Shown: piece by piece, positions 39,762 to 51,744 of the stretch
Numbering within the stretch: position 1 is the first letter of the stretch
Layout: the number at the start of each line of letters is the position of its first letter
Source: Lama guanicoe
Taxonomy: Eukaryota
NCBI GenBank assembly: GCA_013239625.1
Contig: MU054400.1
Span: 4,589,802-4,653,801 of the forward strand
Length of the DNA stretch: 64,000 nt
Direction: 5' to 3'
Program-made: the position numbers and the translations under genes
Notes under the pieces: model-generated
Seen by the model: the letters and a program-made list of their open reading frames with translations, nothing else
Database searches by the model: none
Told to the model about the DNA's origin: nothing

Positions 39762-39774
39762 GTTTCTAGGCAAC
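39762..39774. promoter_or_regulatory. RFX X-box-like motif
   Basis: GTTTCTAGGCAAC, imperfect palindrome; motif match only. Confidence 0.4.
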
Positions 39775-40689
39775 CGACCAGAAGCAACAGAGAAGAACTA
39801 AGCCAACGACTCAAGCTCAGGGGCTGAGAATTCCGTCTCCCACTTTGCTTCTATGACCTTGAGCAAGTCGCCTTCCCCGTGCGCCTTTTGCTCCCTGTTC
39901 TGCTAAATGCAGATGGCAAGTTTAGCCTTGTTTTGAGCAAGCCACTTCCAAAAGCAACCTGCTAATAAAATGTATAATTAAAATGTGTGATAGAACATTA
40001 TTTGGCCATTAACATAATTGTCTCTCCATTAATATACATGTGTGGTCTTGGTTTTCATGCATTAATTATTAAGAATTCTTCAATCAGAGTCTTCCTGAAT
40101 ATAAACTAGGGCCAAATTTGTGTTCTACATTAAGATTGAAGAATCTGTACATCTCAAGGGATCTCAGGTCTGAGAGAGATCATTTATAAGAAGATGCAAA
40201 TACCTTTGATACAATTGTTCCACTGCCCATAGTTATTTCAGACTAAATTAGCCTTAATTTAGATAGATCCTGAAAGCTCCATAACATCTCAGCAGGGAGG
40301 GTGGCTCATGATGCCTCAAGTTCCATGTACCACTCCTGCATAACTAATTATTATCATCATCTTTGTTATTAACCATAAAATGAAGAAGACCTAGCTTATT
40401 ATTTAATAGAGTGGTCGAGTGTCAATAAGCATTGAGAGGCCCTCTTATTAATCTCGGGTCATTATTCAGCCTTGAACCTGAAATCCAACCCCACAATACA
40501 TCGGCTTTCACCATGGTGGACATGAAAGAAAACCAGTCAGACCAAATCAGAGGTAAGACCTGTACTTCCCTTTTCTTGTGAGGAACAGCTGGTTGTAAAG
40601 CCTGCACAGAGACTGACCTGGTTCTTTCTGTATTTGAGAAATCGACCAAAAAGAAAAAACTGGTCACTAAAGATTAATGACTAGCTTAC

Positions 40690-40791
40690 CTAGTTCCCTT
40701 AGTCATGACAGGAACTCAAAACTGCCCTTCTATGTTTGCATTTTCTTTGATTCCAGCTTCTCAAAGATGCAGGGGGTACTTAGGGGCACCT
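40690..40791 (-). other. Candidate internal non-coding exon (102 nt)
   Basis: Branch-like CTGAC, TCTTTTTCCAG| acceptor, TAG|GTAAGC donor; stop codons in all three frames. Confidence 0.45.
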
Positions 40792-41099
40792 CTGGAAAAA
40801 GATTCTCAGTCAGAATGTTCACCTCAAAGAAATAATTGGGATTACCTCCAGACAGCGATTGAGAACAGAATGTGGTTGGTTTTTGTTTATTTTTTTCTTT
40901 TCTTTTTTACAAAATAAAACCGTGTTGATCTGGAAAACTTCCAGCAAATAGCATTTTATTTGGAGATTCCCCTTTCCTCATTTTAAAACCATCTCTGGTG
41001 AGCAGAACCCTGTTTAAATCAACCAAGTAAGGAAGAAAATGTTGACTGTTATTAGTGGAGTTACCCAAATATAATTCACAATAGCCACTCGAAACAGCC

Positions 41100-41800
41100 G
41101 TGCTGTCATTAGGAGGTCAGCAGCGTATATGCTGGAAGTATCAAGTTCAACAGCGGAGTCAATATTTGTCTTCATTTACATATCAAACTAGAAAATCAAA
41201 CAAACAACTCTCTCGTAACAAATGAATTGGCCTTGATAATTTTGTTATGCTATTTTGACACAAGGTCACCAGGGCCCCAGAAGGTATTTATCAAGGAAGT
41301 CACACAGGGACAGAGGTAACACACCTCTCCCAAGACCACAAATATTATGGCTACGTGACGCATAATTGTCTGCAAGCCAAACATCCCATTCTTTCGATGT
41401 TGACAGAAAGGGGCCACCACACTGTATCTGAGAACTGACGCCGCTGCATCTGTTTACCTGCAGGTGCAGAGGGAGGTTACCTGCTCACGGGTGGAAGGGT
41501 GGAAGCAAGTATTCTTGGTAGTGGCATCTGTCTCCCAGAGGCAGAGCTGAGTTGAGTTACGTCACCAGAAACCCCCACCTTGTTTTTGCCCTCCCAAGCA
41601 CAGACCTACTTCACAAGGTTAATGACTGTCCCTTTAACGACTTTTCACACTAAAGGCGCTTGAAAAAAGATTTACTTTTCACAACCAATCGCTTTGCTTC
41701 TAACATAACAGCTTTTTAACCCCCCCTGTTTGCTAAATGGCAAACAGATTGCTCAGTATTACAGTTCAGGCAAAGTCATACTCATGAGTTTACCCAGAGA
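41100..41800. promoter_or_regulatory. Candidate intronic enhancer
   Basis: No repeat recognised; cluster of CAAGGTCA, AGGAAGT, TACGTGACGCA, TGTTTAC, TTACGTCA, GGTTAATGA, CCAAT and an inverted TGTTTGC pair. Confidence 0.4.
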
Positions 41801-43938
41801 CTTCAGTGTGGGATGACTGAGGATCGAGGTCCATGTTTGGGCGACTCTGGGATGTTTGGCTTTGCTTAGATGTGCTGTGCGCGGAGGATGGAGAGGTACC
41901 ATCTCCCACAGCTCTTCACCCGTGCAGTGCAGCCACTGTTTCTAGGGGTCTCACCACTGCTCTTTCATTTAATCTCCATTTTGCCTGAAAGATGTTTTTC
42001 TGAGTTATAACTTCATTTCCCTATGCAGTTTTAATGCAACTAAATTATGCATCCCCAAAAGACTGAAAAGTTGGTGAAGAAAATGGAGCAGAAAGAAGAA
42101 AAAAGTTCATGGCACTTCTCCACACACCACAAGCCATCATCTTCTCTTCCTTCCTGGGACCAAAACCTTTTAGTGCACCATGTACAAACCATATTTATTA
42201 ACCTTCAGATTATTCTCTCTTTTTTTTAACCTTCAGATTATTCTTTAGAACCTCTATAAAAGTATCACTGTCCAATCGATATGCTTTTCTATTTGTGTGC
42301 GTGGTTCAGGCATCTTAGCGCTGGCCTTGAACACATTCTAATTCTTTCTACTAAAACTCATGGAATTTTGTCTTCACTTTGTGGCTTTCCACTTTACAGC
42401 AAGATTTGCAGGGATGCATGATACTTGCTAAACAAGGGATAGATGTACCCTGGGCTGAATCTGATCTGTGTAAATGGGGAATCTTTCCTCATTAATCGCT
42501 AATCTGGTACATTTACTGGGCCCTGAAAATGATTCTGTTTCCCCTGCCTCTTTCCTTTTGGCAAGTTATTCCTGTTCCCTGGTGTTCTCTCCCCTTGCAG
42601 ATCATCCTATCCTGATCGTGCACATGCTTCAATACCCTACTTGCATGCCTCCACTCGCTGGCCACTGCTTTCTCTGCATCCCGACTGTCTGACTGGCTGC
42701 ACCATTCATTTTCCCACGAGGGCACACTTGCTGAACTTCACTGTAAAACTGGTGGAAAGGCCCAGGTCCTTCTTCGCAGTAGACTATAAATTCTGTTGTT
42801 TTCTCTCCCCAGTACCATCACCCACCCTCACAGCTCCTCGCAGGGAGCTGGACAAGATGCAGATGCTTAATAAATATTTACTGAATTGGAATTCTATGTC
42901 ATTAATTACTATTTTCTAGTCCAGCATACAATAGAGGCCAAATCTATGCACACCCAAATTATTTCTAAAGAAGTGCTCCGTTGTATCTCTTCCTTTCAGG
43001 AAGATCTGAAGCCTGCAAAGACGTTTTGCCCTATAGACACTGACAGGGATAATAAAATAGTGCTTAAGTAATTGGCTTGGTACTCAGAACCCCTTGTGTG
43101 ACACCTGGCTTTCCTACTTACTGGCTGTGGGACATTGAGCTAGTTTCTTAATCTGTCTAAGCCCCAGATTCTTAATTAGCAAAGAAGAAAATGACACAGT
43201 CTTTTCCAGTTATCGTAAGAATCAAATGAATGTTTTTCCTTCCTGTCTCTCTTGATTTTAGACATACTTACTTCAAGGTCATTTTCAGATTGCTCAAGTA
43301 TTTTCATTCCCTTGGGAGTGAACTCCTCACCCAACTGCTGAACTTATTCCATCTTCTTCAGCGTCAGCTTTGTTCACGTGCTGTGAACAAACTTGGACTC
43401 TGCAGGCTCTTCGTGAGTAAGTAGTTCAAGGGTATATATGTTTCCTTCTCTCAAGTTTAGCCTTCCCTTTCTAGCAGTTTTGCTCTTTCCGCCACAATCT
43501 ACCCCTGTGCTTCTCGGGGGATCCAGATCTTAAAGGAGAACCTCGGGGCTCCCACATGAAGGTGACAGTGAGGATACCACAGAGACATCAGCTGAGCCAC
43601 CTGCAGGTGGATGGACCCCTTCCTAGAGCGAGGCTGCCTCTGCCCCCTCCTGCCACGCAGGCGCATGACTTCCTAACACACCTCTTCAGACAGACCACTT
43701 CCCTCAGCTTCTGTCTGTAGCCAGGGATTTGGTGAATTCCCCAGTTTTAGGCAGTGTCCCTGATACACCTTTCATGGGGTTTTTGGTCCCAGTTACCCCC
43801 TAGAAGTTGAACCCAGGGAATAGCCAGCCTGTAGCTTCAGCCCTGCTCACTGCTTTGTGTATCTGTGCTGTGTTCAGGTCTAGAGAGATCTTTATTTTGT
43901 CTGGGACTGGGGGGGGGCGGTTGGAGAAGCATGCCTTT

Positions 43939-43939
43939 C

Positions 43940-43978
<39 letters not shown>

Positions 43979-43986
43979 TGTATTTA
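43939..43986. repeat. (TTTA)n microsatellite
   Basis: About 10 tandem TTTA units. Confidence 0.95.
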
Positions 43987-44202
43987 ACATTTTGATTTTT
44001 TGTGGGTGTCTGAAATCACAATGCTGTCCTAACTTGCAAGGAGCACCATGGAAGGCATCCTGGGGGAGGCCCATCTGAACTGGGCCGTAGACTGCAGATT
44101 CAAGAGATGAAGAAGGACCGGAGGCCAACCCTAAGGAGGGGCGTGAGCTCCAGCCATATGTCAGAGAAGGAAAAGAGATTGATTTTAGTTGGTACACCTT
44201 GA

Positions 44203-44248
44203 GTGTGTGTCCCTGTGTGTCTGTGTGTGTGTGTGTGTATGTGTGTGT
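44203..44248. repeat. Interrupted (TG)n microsatellite
   Basis: gtgtgtgtccctgtgtgtctgtgtgtgtgtgtgtgtatgtgtgtgt. Confidence 0.9.
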
Positions 44249-46077
44249 AAGGAGGTGTCATGGGACTTTAGGCTGAAAAAGGAGACGAGTAAAATTCAAA
44301 GCCCAATGAAATTAAATGACCTACCAAGGTCAAGCTCAGTCCCCCAAGGCACCTAATTTTGAACAAAACTATAGCAAAGCCGTAGGAGGGGACAGAGAGG
44401 AAGGAGGAGGAAGAAGAGCGGGAGATGCAGGGGAGGAGGGGGAGGAGGGCAAGGAGGGGACCCAGGAGGAGGAGGTGATGGTGCTCTTTTCTCAGGAAGT
44501 TTAACCCTTCAGTTCTGAATGGACAACATCTGTAAACAGCACACATGCAGATTTGATTCTCAAGATCTTTTACAAAGTAACTTACGGTAATAAGTGAAAA
44601 TGGGATAAACCACGATGGGGGGCATAAGAAGGAGAAGAAGTATCCCTGGACATCACTGGAGAGCATCAACTCCAACCTCCTTATTGTGTCCAACTCGGAC
44701 ACAGAGAGACTCAGTGACTTCCCTAAGTCAGATAAATTCACACCCAAGACCACTACCCCCGAAGCTTTTTAGCATCTGTGCAGTTTTCTTCTCTTTTCAT
44801 TATCAGGGAGAAGCTGGTTAATTGAGAACTACTCACTGGAGTAGACATGCTTTGAGTCAAACAAAAGGAGGCAGTATTTACAATTTTGGTTCTTGTAGAT
44901 TTTGTAGAATACTACGTGGGTGGATCTGATGATTTGTAAAATGTAACTGAAATATCTTTTGAGCAAATAGAATGAATTCCATATGCATACTCTATATTCG
45001 GGAAAATGGCATAATTGACAGAAGGAATGAGAAGTCTTTATGGGATAAAAATGGGGTGGCAGGAAGCCATTACTGGTCACAGGGAGTTATTATGGTTATG
45101 AGTGGTGACAGACCAATAAAGCAGTGAATCCATAACTGACTTCTCAGACCACTGGATTCTGACATTCCTAATTTGCCTGTTGACTTCCAGGGCTGATCTC
45201 CTGAAGAAGGAAATTAATGTCAAAACTGGATCATGTTTTTCCCATAAATACATCCTTAACGCATAGATATACCATCTCTTCTTTCTGATCAGAAGCTGAC
45301 CTCTTCTGCAAAGCCTCTACGCACCGGGTAGGATTAACTTTTGACATTTTATTAAACTTTTTTTTGGTTTCCAAAGCAAAATTCAACACTTCATACCTAC
45401 TTTAGGAGACATCAATAAAATAAAGGAATTTATTGTCCAATTCTATCCGCGCTGTATGTCTAGAAACAGTGTTACAGGAGGATAATCTTTTCATGGGAAA
45501 GACTGTGATTTTTATCTTTTTTAAAGTTCTAATTTTTTTTAAAGAAAGAAGTTTAGATATTTTAAGCTAGAAATCCCCTTTCTAGGAAGCATTCCTAAGA
45601 AAACAATCAGAAACTCAGATTAATATACAGATATGCTCATCGTTTAATCTATTACCATAAAAAATTAAACTCAGCCTAAATGTCAAGCAACAGTAGGATA
45701 ATTAAATTATCACATATACATATCACTGGAATATTAGGTACTATTCAGTTCATGGCCAATAATATGGGGCAATATGCCCTATAGAATGTTGGCTCCCTAA
45801 GAATAGGGACCAAGACTGCATTTGCTCAATATGGTATTCTCAATTCTTAGCACAGTGGTTCAATGGATATTTGCTGGAGAAATGAATAGATGGATGAAAG
45901 TATTAAGTTTAAAAAAGAATTCAAGCCTATGAAAATATTGTAAATTATACTATTTCTTCTCAAATAAAACATTCCAAAGAGATATTGCCACTATGCTTAT
46001 AAGCAAAACCAATATTAACAAAAGCATTACCTTCTTGTGACTTTACACCATATAAACAAAATTAAAAATGTGTCTGC

Positions 46078-46198
46078 CACAGAGAAAAAAATGTGACAAT
46101 GAGTGTGTATATGTCCATGAATGACTGAAAAATTGTGCTGAACACTGGAATTTGACACAACATTGTAAAATGATTATAAATCAATAAAAAATGTTAAA
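46078..46198 (+). mobile_element. Very young short L1 3' end with perfect TSD
   Basis: 14-bp TSD AAAAATGTGTCTGC at 46064-46077 and 46199-46212; AATAAA and A tail. Confidence 0.93.
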
Positions 46199-49100
46199 AA
46201 AAATGTGTCTGCTTTCGAAAGGCAGAAATATGTTCTTGGGTGCTCGTTTAGAGTTTTGGTGCATATGACAAACAAGCTGAGAGTGAAACAAAAGATAAAT
46301 AGTCCTTTGAGTCTAATCAATTTTCTCCCCTAATTCTATTATAGTGAAACTTATTTTTCAAAATTTGTCCTTTGTTGCCATAGTGATCAGCTCCCAGTGT
46401 GAAATTATATCACACTGGCTTTCTTTCAAGTTTCAATAACGTACTGTCACCACCCACTTCTCTTTCAAAATGTTCAAATCCTCTAATCACTCAGTACCTT
46501 AATAGCCTCACTTTTGGGGAGCTGAAGTGAGAGCTAGAAGATTAGGAAAGGGTTACGTATGAAGAGTGGGAGTGAAACAAAAAGAAAAGATATAAGTGAA
46601 ATTTGAAAATAAATTATATAAAATAGGTTTTACCTCCATATAGCAATCAACTCTTCCCAACGTACTTCAAATTTTCATTTTATAAATGATATACTAATGG
46701 ATGAATTGAGTCTTAACTTGAGAGTAATTTGAGAATAAAGGTATACAGTCTATATTTGCACTTATAGATTATCCTTAATATAGAAAGAGTCTTTGCAAAG
46801 CAATAAGAAAACTTCCCTATTAAAAATGGGGGAAAGTTATAGTTTATCAAATAAAACAATAAAATGGTCAAAAACACATTAAAAAGTTCAATTTCTCTTC
46901 TAGTAGTCAAAGAAATAAAAATAAAGCAAGCTACTATCTTTGTCTGGCGTTTGATAAAAATTTTAAAGGATAATAATGCCCATATAGCTAGGGTTTAGAG
47001 AAATGGGCATTCTTATACACTGTAGTAAGAATGTAAATTGGTCCAGCCTCTGGATAACTTTTGAATTAGGATTTCCACTTCCAGGAATTTATCTAAATGG
47101 GAAAAAACAGAGAAATAGGGATAATATATATATATATTCATAAAGATAGATATACCATGATATTCATCTTTGTTGCTTTGCTTTAATAAAATAAGTGGAA
47201 TCAACCTCAGCATCTATTTACAAGAGATATTATACAATGATTTAACCATATAATGGAGTGGCCTGAGGTCACTGAAAACAAAAACGCAGATTTGTATTTC
47301 TGGACATGAAAAGTTTTCACACTGACATAGGAAGGTATGCACATAACATGAGGTGGTGTGGGGGAAACACACATGGGGCTTTGGAAGACTTCTGAAAATA
47401 CCCTAAGAAAAAAAATGTGTGTGAAGCTCCACAGAAACAGGTCTAGATCCTGCTACACTAAAACACAGACTATAGTTATTGCTGAGAGAGATGCTTACAA
47501 GTGATTTCTATTTTATGAATTTCTGAGCTGTATGAGTATGTATAACTGGCACGTTAAAATCAGGAAAAACAATTGAAATGTTTCCATTTTTGCTACTCAC
47601 CAAGTTTCTCACAGAATTTGAAACTCAAGTTCCCAGAGGACTAAAGTGAACCTTGGAAATCAGATAGCCCTAAAGTGAAGTGGTGAATGGGCTGAGAAGG
47701 GCTTACGGAAACATCTGGCACTCAGCTTTCCCACCTGAACATGCCACCCCACTGAGCGAAGTGACCGTTCCCTCCCGCAATTGCAGGTGACTGCCCATTT
47801 TGCATAGCCAAAGGTTTTTTTTGGCTTTTGTTATTACGCGTGATGCATTTTGAGCAAAGAAAGAAACACAGAATGACTCAGTCAGCTGAGTCTACACAGA
47901 AATTATGGGCTGTGCTGCTGTTTGGTAAGAATTTGGAACTAATTACAAGGTATTCCCAAAACAACACCTCTTTGGGCACCACATGTGTTTCTGCAGATTT
48001 CCTGCCGATGACTGCTGGCCAAGGGTATTTCCTCTGTGAAAATCCAAACATTGCTTGTTTATTGTTATGCTCCAGTGCAAGATTTCCAGGAATCTTTCCA
48101 GGAACCAAAGACTAACTGGATGTGTAGTCTCTCACCACTGACCTGCCTCACTTGGGGATCTATTTGGCTAAGGGAGCATTTCTGTTGTTCATGTAAATCA
48201 CTCCTGAAAGTGACTCCATCCTGTTTGCCTCTAATACAGGAGAGGAGTATGAATGGAGTAACGTTAGTAGGAAAAGCCTATTATTTCTCTGACCCTTAAC
48301 TTGACCCATTCTAGAAAACTGAAAAGTGTCACAGATTTTGTCTGGGTCCCCAGTTGTCTCACCTGGGATCCCAAACTGGACCCTCAGCTACACCCTCCGC
48401 CCCAAAGAGGGGCACCCCCACTTCCCCTCTTCTGGTCTCTTCTTTGATGCTCTCTGCACTCAGGTATAGTGGTCCTTCCTGCCAGTGTCCACCAGAGGAA
48501 AGTCCAAGTCCATGTTCAGGCTCTCTCTGGATGCTCCCATTTGTACCAAGCCTCAATGACAGTCTGGTGCCATATTCTCTGAAGACTAGGGAGAAAGTAT
48601 CACTGACTCTGGGCCATATTTTGTCACCAGGAAGGCAATGACTCCACCAAGGCCAGCAAGATGCCACGCGTCAGGCGCCAGAACACCCTCCCATGCCTCT
48701 GTCTCTTCCCCAGACACACCAAGATCCTCCTCCTCACCACTCATGCAACAACAACAACAAAACCAGGCTGGATGCAGATCAACTCAGGCACGTCACCTCT
48801 TAATGACCCACCCCCAGCTCTTCAGACAAATCTGAACCTTGTAACAGGTTCAAGTAAAGATCTCAGCTATATGCATTTTCCCTTATCATTTTATACTCCA
48901 AAGCAAAGGCCTGTTTTAAAAGAAAACCAGTCTGCACTGTGCTAAAAGAAAGTTAGCTATGCAGAGGCTGAAAGAGAAGACCAGACTCCATTCCGATAAT
49001 ACACATTGGGCCCGAGTGAACGCACTCAGATCCATCTCAAATACCAGGGATTAGCTATGCAAACACACAAAATTTAGCACCGCTGAATTTGACCACTCAG

Positions 49101-49419
49101 ACTTAAATGCAACTGTTCTCAGAGAAGATCAATGTTTATAGCCTTAAATTCATTCAATATTTAATTTAAATGCAAGCCAGTTTATGCCGGAAGCCAAGGC
49201 TGACATTTCAGGGTTTTTTTTCAACCCTGACAGCCCAACCCAGCATAAAGTGTCATGCCAACTCCCAGGTGCCAAGGAGGCTTCGGGGCCACAACCACAA
49301 GGCCCACTTGACTGGAGTCCAGGAATACAGTAGGAAAGTATGTCCGCATATCCTATCCATCCTGAAAAGCCAGCTTCCTAACTGCTTTCTCTGCCTGCCT
49401 CTTACCCCCTTGCCAAGGC

Positions 49420-50590
49420 ATAGCCCGGACCCACCGGAGGGCCGGGACCAAGCTCCACCCAGCAGTGTACAGGCACCAACTCCTCCTGCCAGGGAACCTG
49501 CCTTTAGTTCAGCCTCACCCACCAGGGGGCAGATACCAGAAGTAAGAAAACAATTCCAAAGCCTGTGGATGGAGTCCACAAACACAGGCCAGACTCTACC
49601 CTGGAACCAGCTGGACCCTGGTCCTTGGGTAACGAGAGATGAGTGCATTGCTGGGACGCAAAGGATGTCTCAGAGAAAGGGCTACTGCTCCAAGGTCAAA
49701 AAACATAACTAACCTACACAAAAACACAAATAGGAATTTAGACAGTATAAGGTGGCCGAGAAATATACCCCAGGCACAAGATAAAATCCCAGAAGAAGAA
49801 ATAAGTGATGAGGAGCCAGGCAATCTATCTGAGAGAGAGTTTAGAGTTATGATTGTGATGCTGTTCAGAGAACTTGGGAGGAGAATAGAGAGCGAAGTTT
49901 TTAGTGAAGAGTTAGATAATACAAAGAATACCCAAACAGGGTTGAAGAATACAATTCTTAAAGTAATAGACTAAATGAGGCAGAAGAACGGATCAGTGAC
50001 TGCAAGACAGAGTAGTGGAAATCACTACTGCAGAACAGAAAAAAAGAATGAAAAGAGATGAGGACAGTTTCAGAGAACTCTAGGACAACATGAAGCACAC
50101 TAATATTTGCTTTATAGAGGTCACAGAAAGAGAGGAGAAAGAGAAAAGACCTGAGAAAATATCTGAAGCGCTAATAGCTGAAAACCTCCCTAACTTGGGA
50201 AATGAGACAGTCACCCAAGTCCAGGAAGTGCAGAGTCTGACACAGGATTAACCCGAAGAGCACACCAAGGCACACAGTAATTAAACTGACAAAAATTAAA
50301 GATAAGGGGAAAATATTAAAATCACCAAGAGAAAAGCAACAAATAACATACAAGGGAACTCCCATAAGGTTATCAGCTGATTTTTCAGCAGAAACTCTAC
50401 AGGCCAGAAGGGAGTGGCATGCTAGATTTAAAGTGAAGAAAGGGAAAAACCTAAAACCAAGAATACTCTATCCAGCAAGGCTCTTACTCAGATTTGATGG
50501 AGAAATCAGAAGCTTCACAGATAAACAAAAGCTAAAAGAATTCAGCACCTCCAAACCAGCTTTACAACAAACGTCAAAGGAACTTCTCTG
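49420..50590 (+). mobile_element. L1 5' portion: 5' UTR remnant + disrupted ORF1
   Basis: ORF fragments 'GNLSEREFRVMIV..RELGRR' and 'KGKNLKPRILYPARL..FDGEIRSFTDKQKLKEFSTSKPALQQ..KELL' are L1 ORF1p; frameshifted; no ORF2 follows. Confidence 0.95.
49519..49532 (+). promoter_or_regulatory. CTCF core motif
   Basis: CCACCAGGGGGCAG matches the consensus CCASYAGRKGGCRS at every position. Confidence 0.6.
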
Positions 50591-50679
50591 GTTGGTGGAT
50601 CCAGTGACACTTGCATGGAATCCATACTAGACATTCTGAAACCACCTGAGCAGGAAACACGTCCCAGGTTAAGCACCTG

Positions 50680-51340
50680 AGGACGGCCCCCGTTACAGAA
50701 TGGAAGCGGGAACGGCAGAGCCGGATCTAGAACCCAGCGGTCCATCTTCTCACGCCCCACCTTCTGTCTCCCCTCTCACACCCTCACTTCCTTCCACAGT
50801 CCACGCCTCCACCTTTCTGTCAGCTCACGCCCTCCTCCAGAGACCTCGGAGCGCAGCGCGGGAACCCAGGGCAACGCCACCAGGCGGAGGAGAGCGGCGC
50901 GTTCGGGGCCGATGCCCGCGAGCGGGAGTCCCAGTTCCACTCACCCGCGCCCTCACCGCCGGCGGGCCCGCGCGATAACCCACCATCACGGCTCCCAGCC
51001 AGGGCGGGGTTCACTCACGCCCGGGAGCCGGTTCAGAGGAGCCGTGGAAGTCGCCTCCCAGTGGAGGAAGGGAGCTTGCACTGGTAATCACGCCAGAATT
51101 AAAAGCCGGGGCCACCGTGGGCCCTCACACGCCAGGGCAGGTTGTGTCTCCCCAGTGCGAGGCGCACGCCTGCGCATGCGCACCAGCCGCAGAAGGAGGC
51201 CCCAGAAGCCCCCAGAATTCCCGGAAGCCGAAGTTTGTGAAGTAGACGTGGGGGGGGCTATCCCAGTCCCGCCCCTTTCCCAGGCCCCGCCCACTTCATA
51301 GGCCGGAGTCCCGCCCTAGAGCCCTGAAGCGCTGGCCATG
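50680..51340 (-). promoter_or_regulatory. CpG-island promoter and probable first exon of an unidentified minus-strand gene
   Basis: Only CpG-dense segment in the window; NRF1 palindrome TGCGCATGCGCA 51171-51182, CCGGAAG ETS/TTCCCGGAA GAS 51218-51227, three GC boxes 51268-51316; minus-strand GTGAGT donors at 51013-51018 and 50939-50944. Confidence 0.85.
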
Positions 51341-51657
51341 CTTGGGGGAAATAGGAGGAAACTGCTGTCGCCTCCTCCATCCTCATCTAGGAAAACGCCT
51401 AAATCTTTCTTACCGTCTCCAACTGCACCATTTTCCTGGAATCAAATAACAGTGAAATAATTTCGAAAAGATACCGTCTTGTACATAACATGGTTTAACT
51501 TGGTTTTCTCTGAGAAAAAGCTGTATGTATCCTTACCGTTTTAAAAATGTAATGATGCCAAAGACTACATGTGATTTAGTCATCCGTTGACGTCCACTGA
51601 AAATGAATTAACTGACTACTAAAATGAATTAAATTTTAAATAACAGAAATAACTTTT

Positions 51658-51744
51658 TTTTTTTGAGAATAGGAAAGGAGTTTATTAGGTTAGGCTGCCA
51701 TAGACAACACTGGGCCACACAGAGGATAGGTGCCTATGTGAGCC
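51658..51744 (-). mobile_element. Short polyadenylated retrocopy of unknown source with TSD
   Basis: TSD CAGAAATAACTTTT at 51644-51657 and 51745-51758; T-run; minus-strand AATAAA at 51681-51686. Confidence 0.8.

Noticed and set aside
49170..49712. 180-aa ORF, the longest in the window
   Set aside because: It runs through the GC-rich L1 5' UTR remnant, where stop codons are scarce; not a recognisable protein.
50700..51301. ORFs across the CpG island
   Set aside because: Pro/Arg/Ala/Gly-rich open frames are expected from GC content alone.
50680..51340. Possible identity as the FHIT promoter (minus strand, non-coding first exons, ~50-kb first intron)
   Set aside because: Candidate exon sequences do not resemble the FHIT 5' UTR as I recall it; no gene symbol assigned.
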